A stretch of 64,000 bases of DNA from the human T2T-CHM13v2.0 reference genome, Homo sapiens. A model generated the notes under the pieces. It had not been told where the DNA came from, did no database searches, and was given only the letters and a program-made list of their open reading frames with translations. Within the stretch, counting starts at the first letter, position 1. Each line of letters begins with the position of its first letter. The stretch lies in assembly GCF_009914755.1 (NCBI RefSeq), contig NC_060938.1; one strand, 5' to 3'. Below are positions 14,734-29,759 of this stretch, in pieces. Position numbers and translations under genes: made by a program.

Positions 14734-15406
14734 TAACTAGCACACTACCGGAAAGACAATACCTCCTTTAGTATTCATTATTAAAACACTGCCATCAACC
14801 CATCATCTTTTCCAAGGCCTTTAAAGAAAGTAAGAAAATAAATATTCTCTTCCCTCTTTAAAGATGGCATATCAGGAGTAACTTGCTGAAACCCATTGAG
14901 GACTCGGACCTAAAAACAAGATTCCTAATCATAGTACTCAATGTACAGTAAGGTTGTCTTTATGGCCAATCTCTTACCTGTTGCAGTGCAAAAAAACATA
15001 TTAAACAGTCTTGTCACACTTTTTAGAGTAACTGAGTTTTGAGACGCATTAAGAGACTTTCAATTTGATAAAGAAAAAGTGAGAGCCTTAGATACTATAA
15101 TCAAGCTGGACTCCTGTAGAAAAAAACAAGATTCCACTAAAGATAAAAGGTAAACTGTTCAACCCTTGAAGACATTTGAGATTGTAGCCACTGCCTTTGA
15201 AATTCTTCAGCTCATACTATTAGTCTAAAATGGCAGGAAATAAAAACAAAACGAAGTTCCAAATGGTAGGAAACATAAAATAACATAAATAATCATAAAA
15301 TGAGCCAAAGAATGAACTCTTAGAGATGGAAGAGACCTCTGAAGTCATCTAGCCCAAGTCCCTCCTTACAGTTGAGAAAGCAGACAACAGGAGAGATTCC
15401 ATGCTA

Positions 15407-15814
<408 letters not shown>

Positions 15815-17048
15815 TCACTCTGTTGTCATAATTTCCCCAAGATTTCATTACTTCCCTTGCAGTAAGCAGATCAGTCAGGAACAGGTTCGACTGCCTTATA
15901 ATATGGGCCCAAACACTGGAAATATCCACAATTCTTGTCCCTGACAGAACACAAAGGGGGAATGGTACACATGTTCTCGGATCTGATTAAACATCAGGTT
16001 CCTGAGTACACAGCTATACAAACACAAAGAGTGGGCAATGCTGCCTACAAAAGAAATGCATACTTAGAGGATTTTCATATTTCTTCCATAGATAGAAAGA
16101 TCCTTATGGGACCATCAAAATTATGTGGAAGTTTCTAGTGGTGATTAGTTTCTAGTGGTATTTTGAGACAGTCTCCTCCCTATATATCTTCATGATGATA
16201 CCATGAAGAAAAGCTGAATTAGACCCTGAGAAGAAGAGTATCACATACTAGGAAACCAGTTCTGGTAAGTGATTAACATGAACTTGAAACCTTTCTTTGT
16301 TAACTGAACCAACCAAATTTCAAATGACTGTTTTCACCCAAGTTCATTCCTAAACTTGAGGCTTTACTCTCCCAGTAAGTTCACTGACTTATATAATTAA
16401 TACATGGAAATGCTTGTGAAAATTTAGGAAGCCACTGAGTGAATAAATACATTCATTTGTAATAAATATGTGATACAGAAATCAAACCATTTTTGGGTGA
16501 AATATATTAGCTAGATATAATTATTCCCTTTAATTAGTCCTTGAAGCTTGTCCAAATGCCAATGTTTTGGGAAAATACTAACACTAGGAAATTTATGACT
16601 ACAAATGCCAAAAAAGATGAAGTGATATTATATTGAATTTTAAAAAGATTTCATGTTTAGAACAAGAGATAATATCAGGGTCCTGCTCTGCTTTAGACAG
16701 GAGATCTGAAAATACTTTGGATGCCAGAGCAAAAGGACTATGTCAAAGTACATTAAATTCTTAAGCAAAAGGCAAGAATCAAATCTCAAACATCTCAAGA
16801 GGTAGTAAAATAACCGAAGATATTTAGGATAAAGAAGAAAGAGGCAAAACAGGAGCAGAACAACTAGAGCCTTTAAATAAATACTTGCACAGCAATCAGA
16901 AAAGGAACTAGCATTGTTTTAATTGGTCCTAAGAGAACAAGTTATCAATGGATGAAAAGTACAAAAAAACAGATTTTGATTGAAAAGTAACTTTCTATGT
17001 TAGCCTCAAAAGTCAATAAATATTAACAGTGAGTGAAGGATACATTTA

Positions 17049-17737
<689 letters not shown>

Positions 17738-19009
17738 TTATAAAGAATAATCTATCCATGATGATTAAGCTACTGCAGAACTGCAGATGAGAAAAGGTGA
17801 TGGACTGTCCTAGGTAGTGGCAAGGGAAACAGGAGTGAAAGAATTTCAGGAACATTTCAGAGATGGAGCTCAGAGTACTTGATGATTTATTAGAGACTCT
17901 TGGAATACAGTATTAGTAGGATTTACTGTGTCAGTTTAGCTATTTATCCATTAACAGTAACAATAGTAGGAAACACATACTGTTTACCATAGGTCAAGCA
18001 ATGTTGTAAACATTTTACATGGATTAACTCATTTCATTCTCACAACACTATGAAGTATATTTATAACCATCCCCATTTTAGAGATGATAAACTAAGGCTT
18101 ACATCAGTTAAGTTAGCCAATAAGTATCAAGAATCAGTAAGAGGTTAGATACAAGATTTAGACCCAGATACTGTAATTCCAAAGCTAAAGAGCTCTTAAT
18201 TGATCAACTAAATAGTTGTAAAGGAAAGTAAACAAAGTCGAAAGCAGGCAGAATGTAGTAATGTCAAGAGCCCGGTTTAATGAAGAGCCACAGTGGGGGA
18301 AGAGGATAGCAGTTTGGCTGCTCAAAATCACATGAGGTGTTCATAAAAAATAAATAAATAAATAAAATAAATCTGTATTAAATCCAAATCCCTGCAGATG
18401 GGAGATAAGATTTAACTTTTTATTTTCTTTTTTTTTTTTTTTTTTAAAGCCCTGGGTAATTTTGTGGCGGAACCAAGTTTGGGAACCTGTGTAATAAAAG
18501 ATTTCTAAGGGCTCTTCCTGCTTTAACATTCTAGTTGACATTGTAAATGAAGTTCCCAGAAATCAAAGGAGCGAGGGAGGGATCCTAGCTGCAGGAAAAC
18601 GGCTATGCATTCAGAGTCCACACCGTTTATGCTCCCATTTTACTAAACGGTCCCTCATAGGGGGAGGGATAGAACAGGCAACGGAAAGAAGGATGTGGTA
18701 TCCACGATAAGCAGGCTAAAAAAGCAGGCTTTTAAAAAGGCTTTTCTAGCACGATTTGCACAAAGAACCCCTTCTTGACTATATATATTTGTGTTCATCC
18801 AACTGGATTTTGAGGTGGATTCCTCAGACCCGTATCTGGCTAATGATGGATTTCAATATATTTTCTCTAAGCACCCCGAAGCGTTGCACGAAACCTCTAG
18901 GTTGTGGCCTGCCCGCCCCGAGGCCAGGTGAATCCGGCTCAGCAGCAGAGGTGTCTGCAATTACACCCTCTAATCCCCTACTGTCAGATATGACCCTTTC
19001 CGCACATAC

Positions 19010-19073
19010 CTGAGGGCCCTCTGGTAAGATTGATCTCTTCCTCAGTGACCAAATAATCCACTCTTCCGTTCAT
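19010..19073 (-). CDS. SYNJ2BP: Synaptojanin-2-binding protein (OMP25, PDZ protein), first coding exon (64 nt); also exon 1 of the SYNJ2BP-COX16 readthrough
   Basis: The reverse strand reads ATG AAC GGA AGA GTG GAT TAT TTG GTC ACT GAG GAA GAG ATC AAT CTT ACC AGA GGG CCC TCA G|gtatgt = MNGRVDYLVTEEEINLTRGPS-G. This is the known N-terminus leading into the PDZ GLGF loop, with a canonical donor at 19009. It is too short for the ORF track. The remaining exons lie off the left edge. Confidence 0.95.
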
Positions 19074-19300
19074 GTTTTACAGCTCGTCTGGCTTCCTACT
19101 TGGGTCAGCTGGAGTGCAGCACAGGTGAAGGTGAATCAATCTCGGCGCTGCGCCCACAGCACAGCGGTTTCGGTTTCAGCAGCCTCGAGACCCGGAAAAG
19201 GAAGCCCGAAGGACTCGGAGCACTGGGAATGCTGGGAATCGTGGTTCCTACCGCCAATGGATTGCAGTTTCTCACCGGTTCCCAAAGCCAAGCATGAGGT
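19074..19300 (-). promoter_or_regulatory. SYNJ2BP: SYNJ2BP 5' UTR and TATA-less CpG-rich core promoter
   Basis: Local CpG enrichment (18840-19290). ETS-like CCGGAA/AGGAAG near 19192-19204, a ZNF143/THAP11-type site (minus strand AACCACGATTCCCAGCATTCCCA, about 19224-19246) and CCAAT at 19254. TSS estimated near 19200. Confidence 0.75.
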
Positions 19301-20172
19301 GAGCAAGGGGCAAGTTACCATTCTAATTTGCCATTAGAAGCAAGTGGGAAGGGGGTGGCTAGTAAAAGTAAGGGACCTAAATAAATTGATATTGTCGAGA
19401 AAAAAAATTTAAAAAAAATCTCCTGCCATCCTAGAAAATCTCCACAAATGTAGAAAAGAAAAAAAAGGTGTATTATTCTGTAAGCATCGAACCAGACCGG
19501 AATGGGTGTTACAGGCAATCCACTAATGAGATTGCAAAGAGAGACAAAAATCTCACATTTTATGTAGCCAAAGCACACGCATCTTCTCATGTAAGACGAG
19601 TTAACATGGTTTGGTATTCAATTTTTGGTAGTTCACCGTTGGAGTGGCCGCCTGTGTTGGTTAATTGCCTTTATCCAAAGGAAAAATAAAACGTTATCTC
19701 TGTGACAAACAGGTACTTACGGCTTGGAGCAAGGCGCTTCGGGTAACTCCCGCGAGCCTGGAACATAGGGGCACTGTCTACCTTGATACTTAAATTTCAA
19801 GGAGTTGGCTCCCGGGACCTGACGAAAACAATTCCTGGGTTTTATCTGACAAGAGGCTTATTTAGCTTTTAAAAAGATACACACACACACACACTACACA
19901 CGGATTATAATTACAATTTGCTCAAGAAAATGTTTTAAGAAAGCGGGGTGGGGGAATGTCTCATTCTTTTGGCAACTGGGAAAATTCAATCTTTTTAATG
20001 TTTTAACTCTTACAATAAGGTTAACGCATGGCTTAGGTATAACTTTAGGCCAGTCTTCCTGACTTTTGGAATGAGACATTCCAAACTGAACTTGAATGAA
20101 ACTTCAGGGGTCAAAAACACAAAAGCCTAAAGAGCCAGGAAGGTGACAACCTTGTGAAGCAACCTGGAGTTA

Positions 20173-20685
<513 letters not shown>

Positions 20686-20897
20686 TTACAACTTGGGCTC
20701 AAGTTTCCATTCCATTCCCTTAAACTTGTCTGTCTTTGAGCAAGGAATCCAACATCTCTGAACTCTGTTTCCCCATCTTAAAATGGGATTGATAGTAGCT
20801 CTTCATATGTTGGTTGGATGAGTGAATAAAATGATCATTATAAAAGGCAGAGAATGATAAATTAAAAAAATGTGTAATATAAATAAATGACATTGGG

Positions 20898-21222
<325 letters not shown>

Positions 21223-21524
21223 TCAAGAGAGAAAAGATCAAATAGAAATGGGGGGAAAATCAAGAAGTCATCAATGAGGAGATTTGTAAGGAAAAAAACA
21301 CAAGGTTTCTTTTAGACCACTGTGGGGACGGTGGTGGGGGAATCACCTCTCAGTACCTGGGAAAATTGTCCTTTTCATCTGAACACACAGCTTCAAAAGA
21401 AATACATAGGGCAGTGAAAGAACAAAGTATCCTAAACAAGTTGAGGAAATGCTGGTAATAAGTAGAGTGAGAGATGGGATATGTAAATTGCCTTTATTCC
21501 CTAATAGAAGTATAGGAATAATGG

Positions 21525-22152
21525 TGTCAGAGGCTTTTGAACTGGAGCGACTCCATCTTGAATAGGGGCTGGGTAAAATAAGGCTGAGACCTACTGGGCT
21601 GCATCCCCAGGAAGTTAGGCATTCTAAGTCACAGGATGAGATAGGTCAGCACAAGGTACAGGTCACAAAGACCTTGCTGATAAAAGAATGTGGTAAAAAA
21701 GCCAGCCAAAACCCACTAAAACCAACGTGGTGATTAAAGTGACCTCTGGTCATCCTCACTGCTCATGATATGCTAATTATAATGCATTAGCATGCTAAAA
21801 GACACTCCTGCCAGCGCCATGACAGTTTACAAATGCCATGGCAACATCAGGAAGTTACCCTATATGGTCTGAAAAGGGAAGGAACCCTCAGTTCCAGGAA
21901 TAGCCCACCAATTTCCCCTAAAACTCATGAATAATCCACCCCTTGTTTAGCATATAATCAAGAAAAAACCATAAAAATAGCCAACCAGCAGCCCTCGGGG
22001 CTGCTCTGCCTATGGAGCAGCCATTCTTTATTCCTTTACTTTCTTCATAAACTTGCTTTCACTTTACTCTATGGACTTGCCCCAAATTCTTTCTTGCACA
22101 AGGTTGAAGAACCCTCTGTTGGGGTCTGGATCAGGACCCCTTTCCAGTAACA
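21525..22152 (+). mobile_element. MER41B solo LTR with a GAS (STAT1) motif
   Basis: Starts TGTCAGAGGC and ends CCAGTAACA, 628 bp, with a perfect 4-bp TSD ATGG (21521-21524 and 22153-22156). TTCCAGGAA at 21892-21900. Confidence 0.9.
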
Positions 22153-22169
22153 ATGGAAGAACAAGGAAG

Positions 22170-22356
22170 CTAGCTGGGCGTGGTGATATGCCTGTAGTCC
22201 CAGTTACTCTAGAGGCTGAGGCGGGAGGATCATTAGAGCTCAGGGGTTTGAGGCTGCAGTGAGGTGTGATTGAAGCACTGCACTCTAGCCTGGGTAACAG
22301 AGCAAGACCCCATCTCTACTAAAAAATAATAAAAGTAAATAAATTAAAAAAAAAAA
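22170..22356 (+). mobile_element. Alu right monomer (FRAM-like)
   Basis: tagctgggcgtggtg...cctgtagtcccag... followed by an A tail. Confidence 0.8.
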
Positions 22357-23150
22357 ATGAGGGAGCTTTAATATGTAGGAAAGCAAATGACAGAGAAAAT
22401 GAGATCCTACTCAGAGGAAACAATTGAGAAAAATTATGGAATCAGGCCGGGTGCAGTGGCTCACCCCTGGAGTGTAGCCTTTACTTCGTGGTCCAAGATG
22501 CTTAAGATGGATTTTGGAACTTCAACCATCATATCTACATTCCAGGAAGGTAATGAAGGAAGGGCAAAGAAGACCTCCTGGAAATGTCATAGACTTCTTG
22601 TAATCTCAGGGATAGAAATGTGCCAACCATAAAAATCAAGGTTATTATTATTAACTGAAAGTGGGAGAATGGATATTGGGAGGCCACTGGCAGTCTCTGA
22701 CACAAGAAGTGACACTTTCTGTCTGAACTAACCTTTCTGCTTATGACCTTGAGTTATGTAAAAAATGTAGAATGTAGTGGAAACTTCAATCTACCATTTA
22801 CAAAATTAGTGGAAACCTTGCCTCACCTTAATCACACCTTGCTCTATTTTTGCACATTTCCTGTCATATATTCACTTTGTCTTTTTAATCTCTCTTGTCT
22901 GCTTCAGTCCCCTCCTACTTCAGTATTTTATTCTATCAGCCTCTTTGATGACCAACTCATGAATATGTTTGTATTTGGGACTTATCCACCTCTCCTTTGA
23001 CATAGCATTTGTTCCAACTTTTTGCCCTTACCTATTTAGTTTCAAATTCCTGCATATTTTATTTTTTCTATGCTTCCTTAGGTGACAAAACTCTTTTGTG
23101 ATTGACACACTTTTTTCTTTGTTGTATTATTATTACATTTAATCAGACGA

Positions 23151-23532
23151 TATTAGTTTGTTAATGTTACTGTAACTAATACTACAGATTGTGTAATTTG
23201 AACAATGAAAATGTATTTTTTCACAGCTGTGGAGTCTGGAAGTCCAAGATCAGGGTGCAGGTAGAGTTGGTTTCCTCAGAGGCTTCTTTCCTTGGCTTGC
23301 AGATGGCCATATCTTCTACCTCTGTCTTCACATGGTCTTTCCTCTGTGTGCACACATGTCTGTTTCCAAATTTCCTCTTCTTATAAGGACATCGTTCATA
23401 TTAGATTAGGGCCCACCCTAATGACCACATTTTAACTTACTTACCTCTTTAAAGACCTTTTCTCCAAATATGGTTACATTCTGAGGTACTTCAGCAGATG
23501 AATTTTGCAGGCATACAACACAGCCCATAACA
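23151..23532 (-). mobile_element. MLT1A-type MaLR LTR
   Basis: ctggaagtccaagatcagggtg...ttagggcccaccctaatgacc...cagcccataaca. Confidence 0.75.
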
Positions 23533-23799
23533 CAGATTACAGTGAAGTCACAGCCTTTGGCATTGCATATCTCTGCTCTGGCCCATTACTTGTTGATTTT
23601 AAAGTTTAGACCTGATAGCAGTATTATTGCTTTAATTTTCAAGTTCTTGCTGCAAGTTGCACTGCTGACCCCAGCTATTGATGACAGCAGATAGCCACAA
23701 GGCATTTACAATTATTTTATCTTCTATTGTCCTTTTTGATTGGTACTCTTTATTCTTCTGTATATATATGCTATCTTTATAAGAAGTCTAATTCAGACC

Positions 23800-24560
23800 C
23801 CTGGCTCTAATGCCATTAATATGCCAGCTGTCATGTCTCTTCACTGAGCTTCAGTCTTGTGTAACCCAGTTGCCTACCTAACATCTCAAAATTTAGATGC
23901 CTAGCAGGCATCTTAAATTATGATAAAATGAGAATTTCTAACCCTTATACCCCTAAACTGATACCTCTCTTAGCTGTTCCCCTTCCTTGAGTAACTCAGT
24001 TTACTCAGTTCATATGAATATCTTAAGAACAGCTTTTGATTCCATTCTTTCCCTTGCATTCTACATTCAACCCATCAAAAGTATAGCTGTTGCTATGTAT
24101 GAAATACAGTCTATCTGACCATCTCTGATACTACCAGCTTATTACAAACCACCAGTATGTATTGCCTCTACTTCTACTGTTCTTCCTGAATGTTTTTTCT
24201 GCTGCTCACTCGATATCTCCCATCTATTCTTCCCTCAGCTGGAGCAATCTTACAAAAATGTAAATCAGATCATGTCATGCCCCAATCTAAATATTTCAGT
24301 CATTTCCATCTCATGTAGAAAAAAATCGATATCCTTAACATTGCCTCTAAGACCAGATAATCTGGCTTTTGTCAAGCTCTCTAACTCGTCTACTACCACA
24401 ACCCCCTTCCCTCATTCATTACATCTACACTGAACTTTTTTCTGTTTCTCAAACAAATACATTTGGTTTAGTTTAGATCTTTGCATTTGCTGTGCCATCT
24501 GCCCCACGGCTTCTTGTTCACTGCTTTATCTCCAGTACCTATAAGAGTTGCCAACACAAA
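23800..24560 (+). mobile_element. Highly diverged L2 fragment
   Basis: Pyrimidine-rich L2-like motifs (atctcaaaatttagatgcctagcaggcatcttaaa; aaatcagatcatgtca). Edges and strand are tentative. Confidence 0.5.
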
Positions 24561-24569
24561 CTTGGCTTT

Positions 24570-24720
24570 CTTTTTGTTTATTTTTTTAAATTATTTTTTG
24601 TAGCAATAGGGTCTTGCTGTATTGCCCAGGCTGATCTAAAACTCCTGGCCTCAGGCAATCCTCCTGCCTCAGCCCCCGCAAAGGATTGGGATTATGGGTA
24701 TAAGCCATCGTGTCTGGCCT
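24570..24720 (-). mobile_element. FLAM/Alu left monomer
   Basis: gggtcttgctgtattgcccaggctg...ctcctggcctcaggcaatcctcctgcctcagcc. Confidence 0.75.
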
Positions 24721-24904
24721 TATAATAGGCTTTCAATGAATGAATGAATTTTAGTGATGATGAAACTTAAACTCAGTCACTTGCTAAAGATCACACTGCA
24801 GTTGTCATTTGCTGTCTCATCACCTGCTGCAGTCAATAGTGTACTAGTTCTACTGCCTGAATTCCTCTCAGCTGTTCTCACTGACATTGCTGATGCGCTC
24901 AAAA

Positions 24905-26169
<1,265 letters not shown>

Positions 26170-26470
26170 AGCACTCCATTGTGTATATGTATTACACAAC
26201 TCCGATCTCTATGGAACTTTTATGGTGTGCTACATTGTGTATATGCAAACCTATACAATGTATGCGTATACGCATACCCATACAATGTATGTGTATACAT
26301 ACACCCATACAATGTATGTGTATATGTATTACAGTGCTCAATTTTGTGTATATATATACATATACATACACATATACAGTGTACACATGTAAGTATATGC
26401 CCACATATACATATACATAATATATGTCCACATATGTAATACATTGTATGTTCACATATATGTAATACAT

Positions 26471-27170
26471 ATGCAATGTATATGTATGTATACATGCATG
26501 TATGCAATGTATTTGTATGTATACATGCATGTATGCAATGTATTTGTATGTATACATGCATGTATGCAATGTATTTGTATGTATACATGCATGTATGCAA
26601 TGTATTTGTATACATGCATGTATGCAATGTGTATGTATACATGCATGTATGCAATGTGTATGTATACATGCATGTATGCAATGTGTATGTATACATGCAT
26701 GTATGCAATGTGTATGTATACATGCATGTATGCAATGTGTATGTATACATGCATGTATGCAATGTGTATGTATACATGCATGTATGCAATGTGTATGTAT
26801 ACATGCATGTATGCAATGTGTATGTATACATGCATGTATGCAATGTGTATGTATACATGCATGTATGCAATGTGTATGTATACATGCATGTATGCAATGT
26901 GTATGTATACATGCATGTATGCAATGTGTATGTATACATGCATGTATGCAATGTGTATGTATACATGCATGTATGCAATGTGTATGTATACATGCATGTA
27001 TGCAATGTGTATGTATACATGCATGTATGCAATGTGTATGTATACATGCATGTATGCAATGTGTATGTATACATGCATGTATGCAATGTGTATGTATACA
27101 TGCATGTATGCAATGTGTATGTATACATGCATGTATGCAATGTGTATGTATACATGCATGTATGCAATGT
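26471..27170. repeat. 27-bp VNTR (ATGCAATGTGTATGTATACATGCATGT) with about 20 near-identical units plus a few 31-bp variants, inside a wider TA/TG/CA-rich tract (26175-27392)
   Basis: Directly visible. All six frames are open with 9-aa periodicity. Confidence 0.97.
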
Positions 27171-27419
27171 ATATGTATGTATACATACACGTATACGTGT
27201 ATGTATACATTGTATATGTATGTATACATACACGTATACGTGTATGTATACATTGTATGTGTATGTATACATGTATGTATACGTTGTATATGTGTGTATA
27301 CATGTATGTATATGTATATGTATACAATGTACACGTATGTATAGAATGTACATATACGTAATACATATACAATTACATATATATGGACATACAATGGAGG
27401 TCATTATGTGTGACCTCCA

Positions 27420-28056
27420 TGTTGCACTAAGCAACAAAGGTTGAGATTACAAAAGCTGCTTATAAATTAGAGCTTCTTCTTAAGAGAAAACACCCCTGGG
27501 AGCTGGCACAGTCAGATGAGGAGAGTCCTGCTTGTCACTTTGCATCTCAAGTTCCCAGCCTTTTGGCTGGCTGCCAGACATGACTTGACAATCATGTTCC
27601 CCAAGTGGCAGAGACCAGAGAGAGAGAACTTCTCACTTGGTTACAAAGCCAAGCTCTCAAGACATAAAACAAGATGAAATGAGAATCTTCATATGATTTT
27701 CCCCCTTATAACAAACTACCCCAAAAGACAAAAGGAAAGCAAAGATTAACTCTGGGGGGAAAAGATCAAATAGAAAACAAGACTACTCACAAACACCAAA
27801 GTCACTTTGCCCCCAAAACTAGTTCACATAAATATTTTCTCCTGCCAGTCTAAATTTAGAGAGGGAAAGAGGAAGAAAAGAGTCTTACCACTCTCACCTT
27901 GACCATTCTCCACAGGCAGAGATCCAGCAGACTGACAGTATTAAGAATTCTTACCTTTGCTGGCCTTTTGTCAGAGGGCCAGGATTTCAGGTGCAGCAGT
28001 TTCGAGCAAGCAGTGTTCCAGCCAGTGAAGGATGCCCCACGTTGGGCACCAAAATT
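27420..28056 (-). mobile_element. ERV1 internal leader (MER34-group-like) with PBS
   Basis: The minus strand reads TTTTGGTGCCCAACGTGGGGC next to the LTR edge, resembling a tRNA-Lys PBS. Confidence 0.55.
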
Positions 28057-28463
28057 TGTAGGGAATGTACGGATCACCTCCACCCATCTCTGACTGGGTC
28101 TAGGAATGATATTGATGCAAGACAGATTAAGAGGAGAAAAGGATACAAGTTTTATTACTTTTTACATGTACAGGGGGATCCTCACAAGAGAGTGAAGATC
28201 TGAAGAAATGGCCAAAACAGAAAGCTTTTATATTTTTTTAGATGAAGAACAATACGTCTATGAGGAAATGACAGGACAAAAGGATCTAGGCTAAGGGCAG
28301 TAATTCCAGGAAGGTCACTAGGAGATATACTGGGGAGGGGTAAACCTAGTAGAAGGTAAGGGTTATTAAGTTTATTTGTACAGGTCCATTGCAGCACCAT
28401 TTCCAGTCTCTGGTAATAGGGTTACTGTCTTGTCCTAGTACAGGAAAACCATCTTCCTCTATG

Positions 28464-28971
28464 TGCTGAGACCAGCTCAGTCGTGGAGACCCTAACCCAG
28501 TGGTGCTGGAGGAATTAAAGACACACACACAAATACAGCATGTGGAGTGGGAAATCAGGGGATTCACAGCCTTCAGAGCTGAGAGCCCCAAGCAGAGTTT
28601 GACCCACATATTTATTGACAGCAAGCCAGTGATAAGCATTATTTCTATATATTATAGATTAACTAAAAGTATTCCTTACGGGAAACAAAGGGATGGGCCG
28701 AAACAAAGGGATGGGCTCTGGCTAGTTATCTGCAGCAGGAACATGTCCTTAAGGCACAGATTGCTCATGCCATTGTTTGTGGTTTAGGAATGCCTTTAAG
28801 CAGTTTTCCACCCTGGGTGGGCCAGGTGTTCCTTGCCCTCATTCCAGTAAATCCACGACCTTCAGTGTGGGTGTCATGGCCATCAAGAACATGTCACAGT
28901 GCTGCAGAGATTTTACTTATGGCCAGTTTTGGGGCCAGTTTATGGCCAGATTTGGGGGCCTGTTCCCAACA
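28464..28971 (-). mobile_element. MER9 solo LTR (HERV-K9/HML-3)
   Basis: The minus strand starts TGTTGGGAACAGGCCCCCAAATCTGGCCATAAACTGGCCCC; 508 bp. Perfect 6-bp TSD TCTATG (28458-28463 and 28972-28977), typical of betaretrovirus-like elements. Confidence 0.9.
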
Positions 28972-28981
28972 TCTATGGAAC

Positions 28982-29588
28982 TTTTTTTTTTCTCTTTTCA
29001 ACAGAGTCTCACTCTGTTACTCAGGCTGGAGTACAGTGGTGTGATCTCAGCTCACTGCAACCTCCACCTCCCAGGCTCAAGCAATTCTCATGCCTCTGCC
29101 TCCTGAGTAGCTGAGATGATAGGCATGTGCTGCCACACCTGGCTAAATTTTTTTTTTTTTTTTTTTTGAGACAGAGTCTTACTCTGTCACCCAGGCTGGA
29201 GTGCAGTGGTGCAATCCTGGCTTACTGCAACCTCTACCTTCCAGGCTCAAGCAGTTCTCCAATTCTCCTGCCTCAGCCTCCCGAGTAGCTGGGATTACAG
29301 ACATGCACCACCATGCCTGTATATTTTTTATAAAATATTAATTGTATTTTTATATACATTTATATGTATGTTTTAAATAAAATATTATATTGTATGTTTT
29401 ATATATAAAAATATAAAAAATAATTTTTATATTTTTAGTAGAGATGGGGTTTCACCATGTTGGCCATGCTGGTCTTGAACTCCAGACCTCAAGTGATCCA
29501 CCCACCTCGGCCTCCCAAAGGAATTCTTATATTTTTAGTAGAGATGGGGTTTTGCCATGTTGGCCAGGCTGGTCTTGACCTCCTGGTC
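28982..29588 (-). mobile_element. Alu nested in an Alu, with an AT-rich expanded linker
   Basis: Order: right arm, T-run, second right arm, AT-rich tract (29320-29430), left arm, second partial left arm. Confidence 0.85.
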
Positions 29589-29759
29589 TATATGGAAATT
29601 TTATGGTTTGCTACATGTGGAAAACAGCAGGTCAAATGGCTGTTACTGCAAATGCAGTTTTTGAAGTGCTTTCAGCTTGAAATAATCAATATGCCAATTT
29701 GGCATATTTTGGGGTGGCATATCCTTAACTCCTTCACATAACAACCTGGACCCACAGCA

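Larger units (their letters stand above)
28057..29736 (-). mobile_element. MER34/MER39-group 5' LTR, interrupted by MER9 and nested Alus
   Basis: The minus strand starts TGAAGGAGTTAAGGATATGCCACCCCAAAATATGCC, the MER34-group signature. The two parts rejoin at ctctatggaa(c/a)ttttatgg. Confidence 0.7.

Noticed and set aside
14309-14743. Tyr/Ile-rich ORFs on both strands
   Set aside because: Translation of the 30-bp minisatellite.
26471-27170. CRISPR-like repeat array
   Set aside because: The units are head-to-tail with no unique spacers, there are no cas genes, and the context is eukaryotic.
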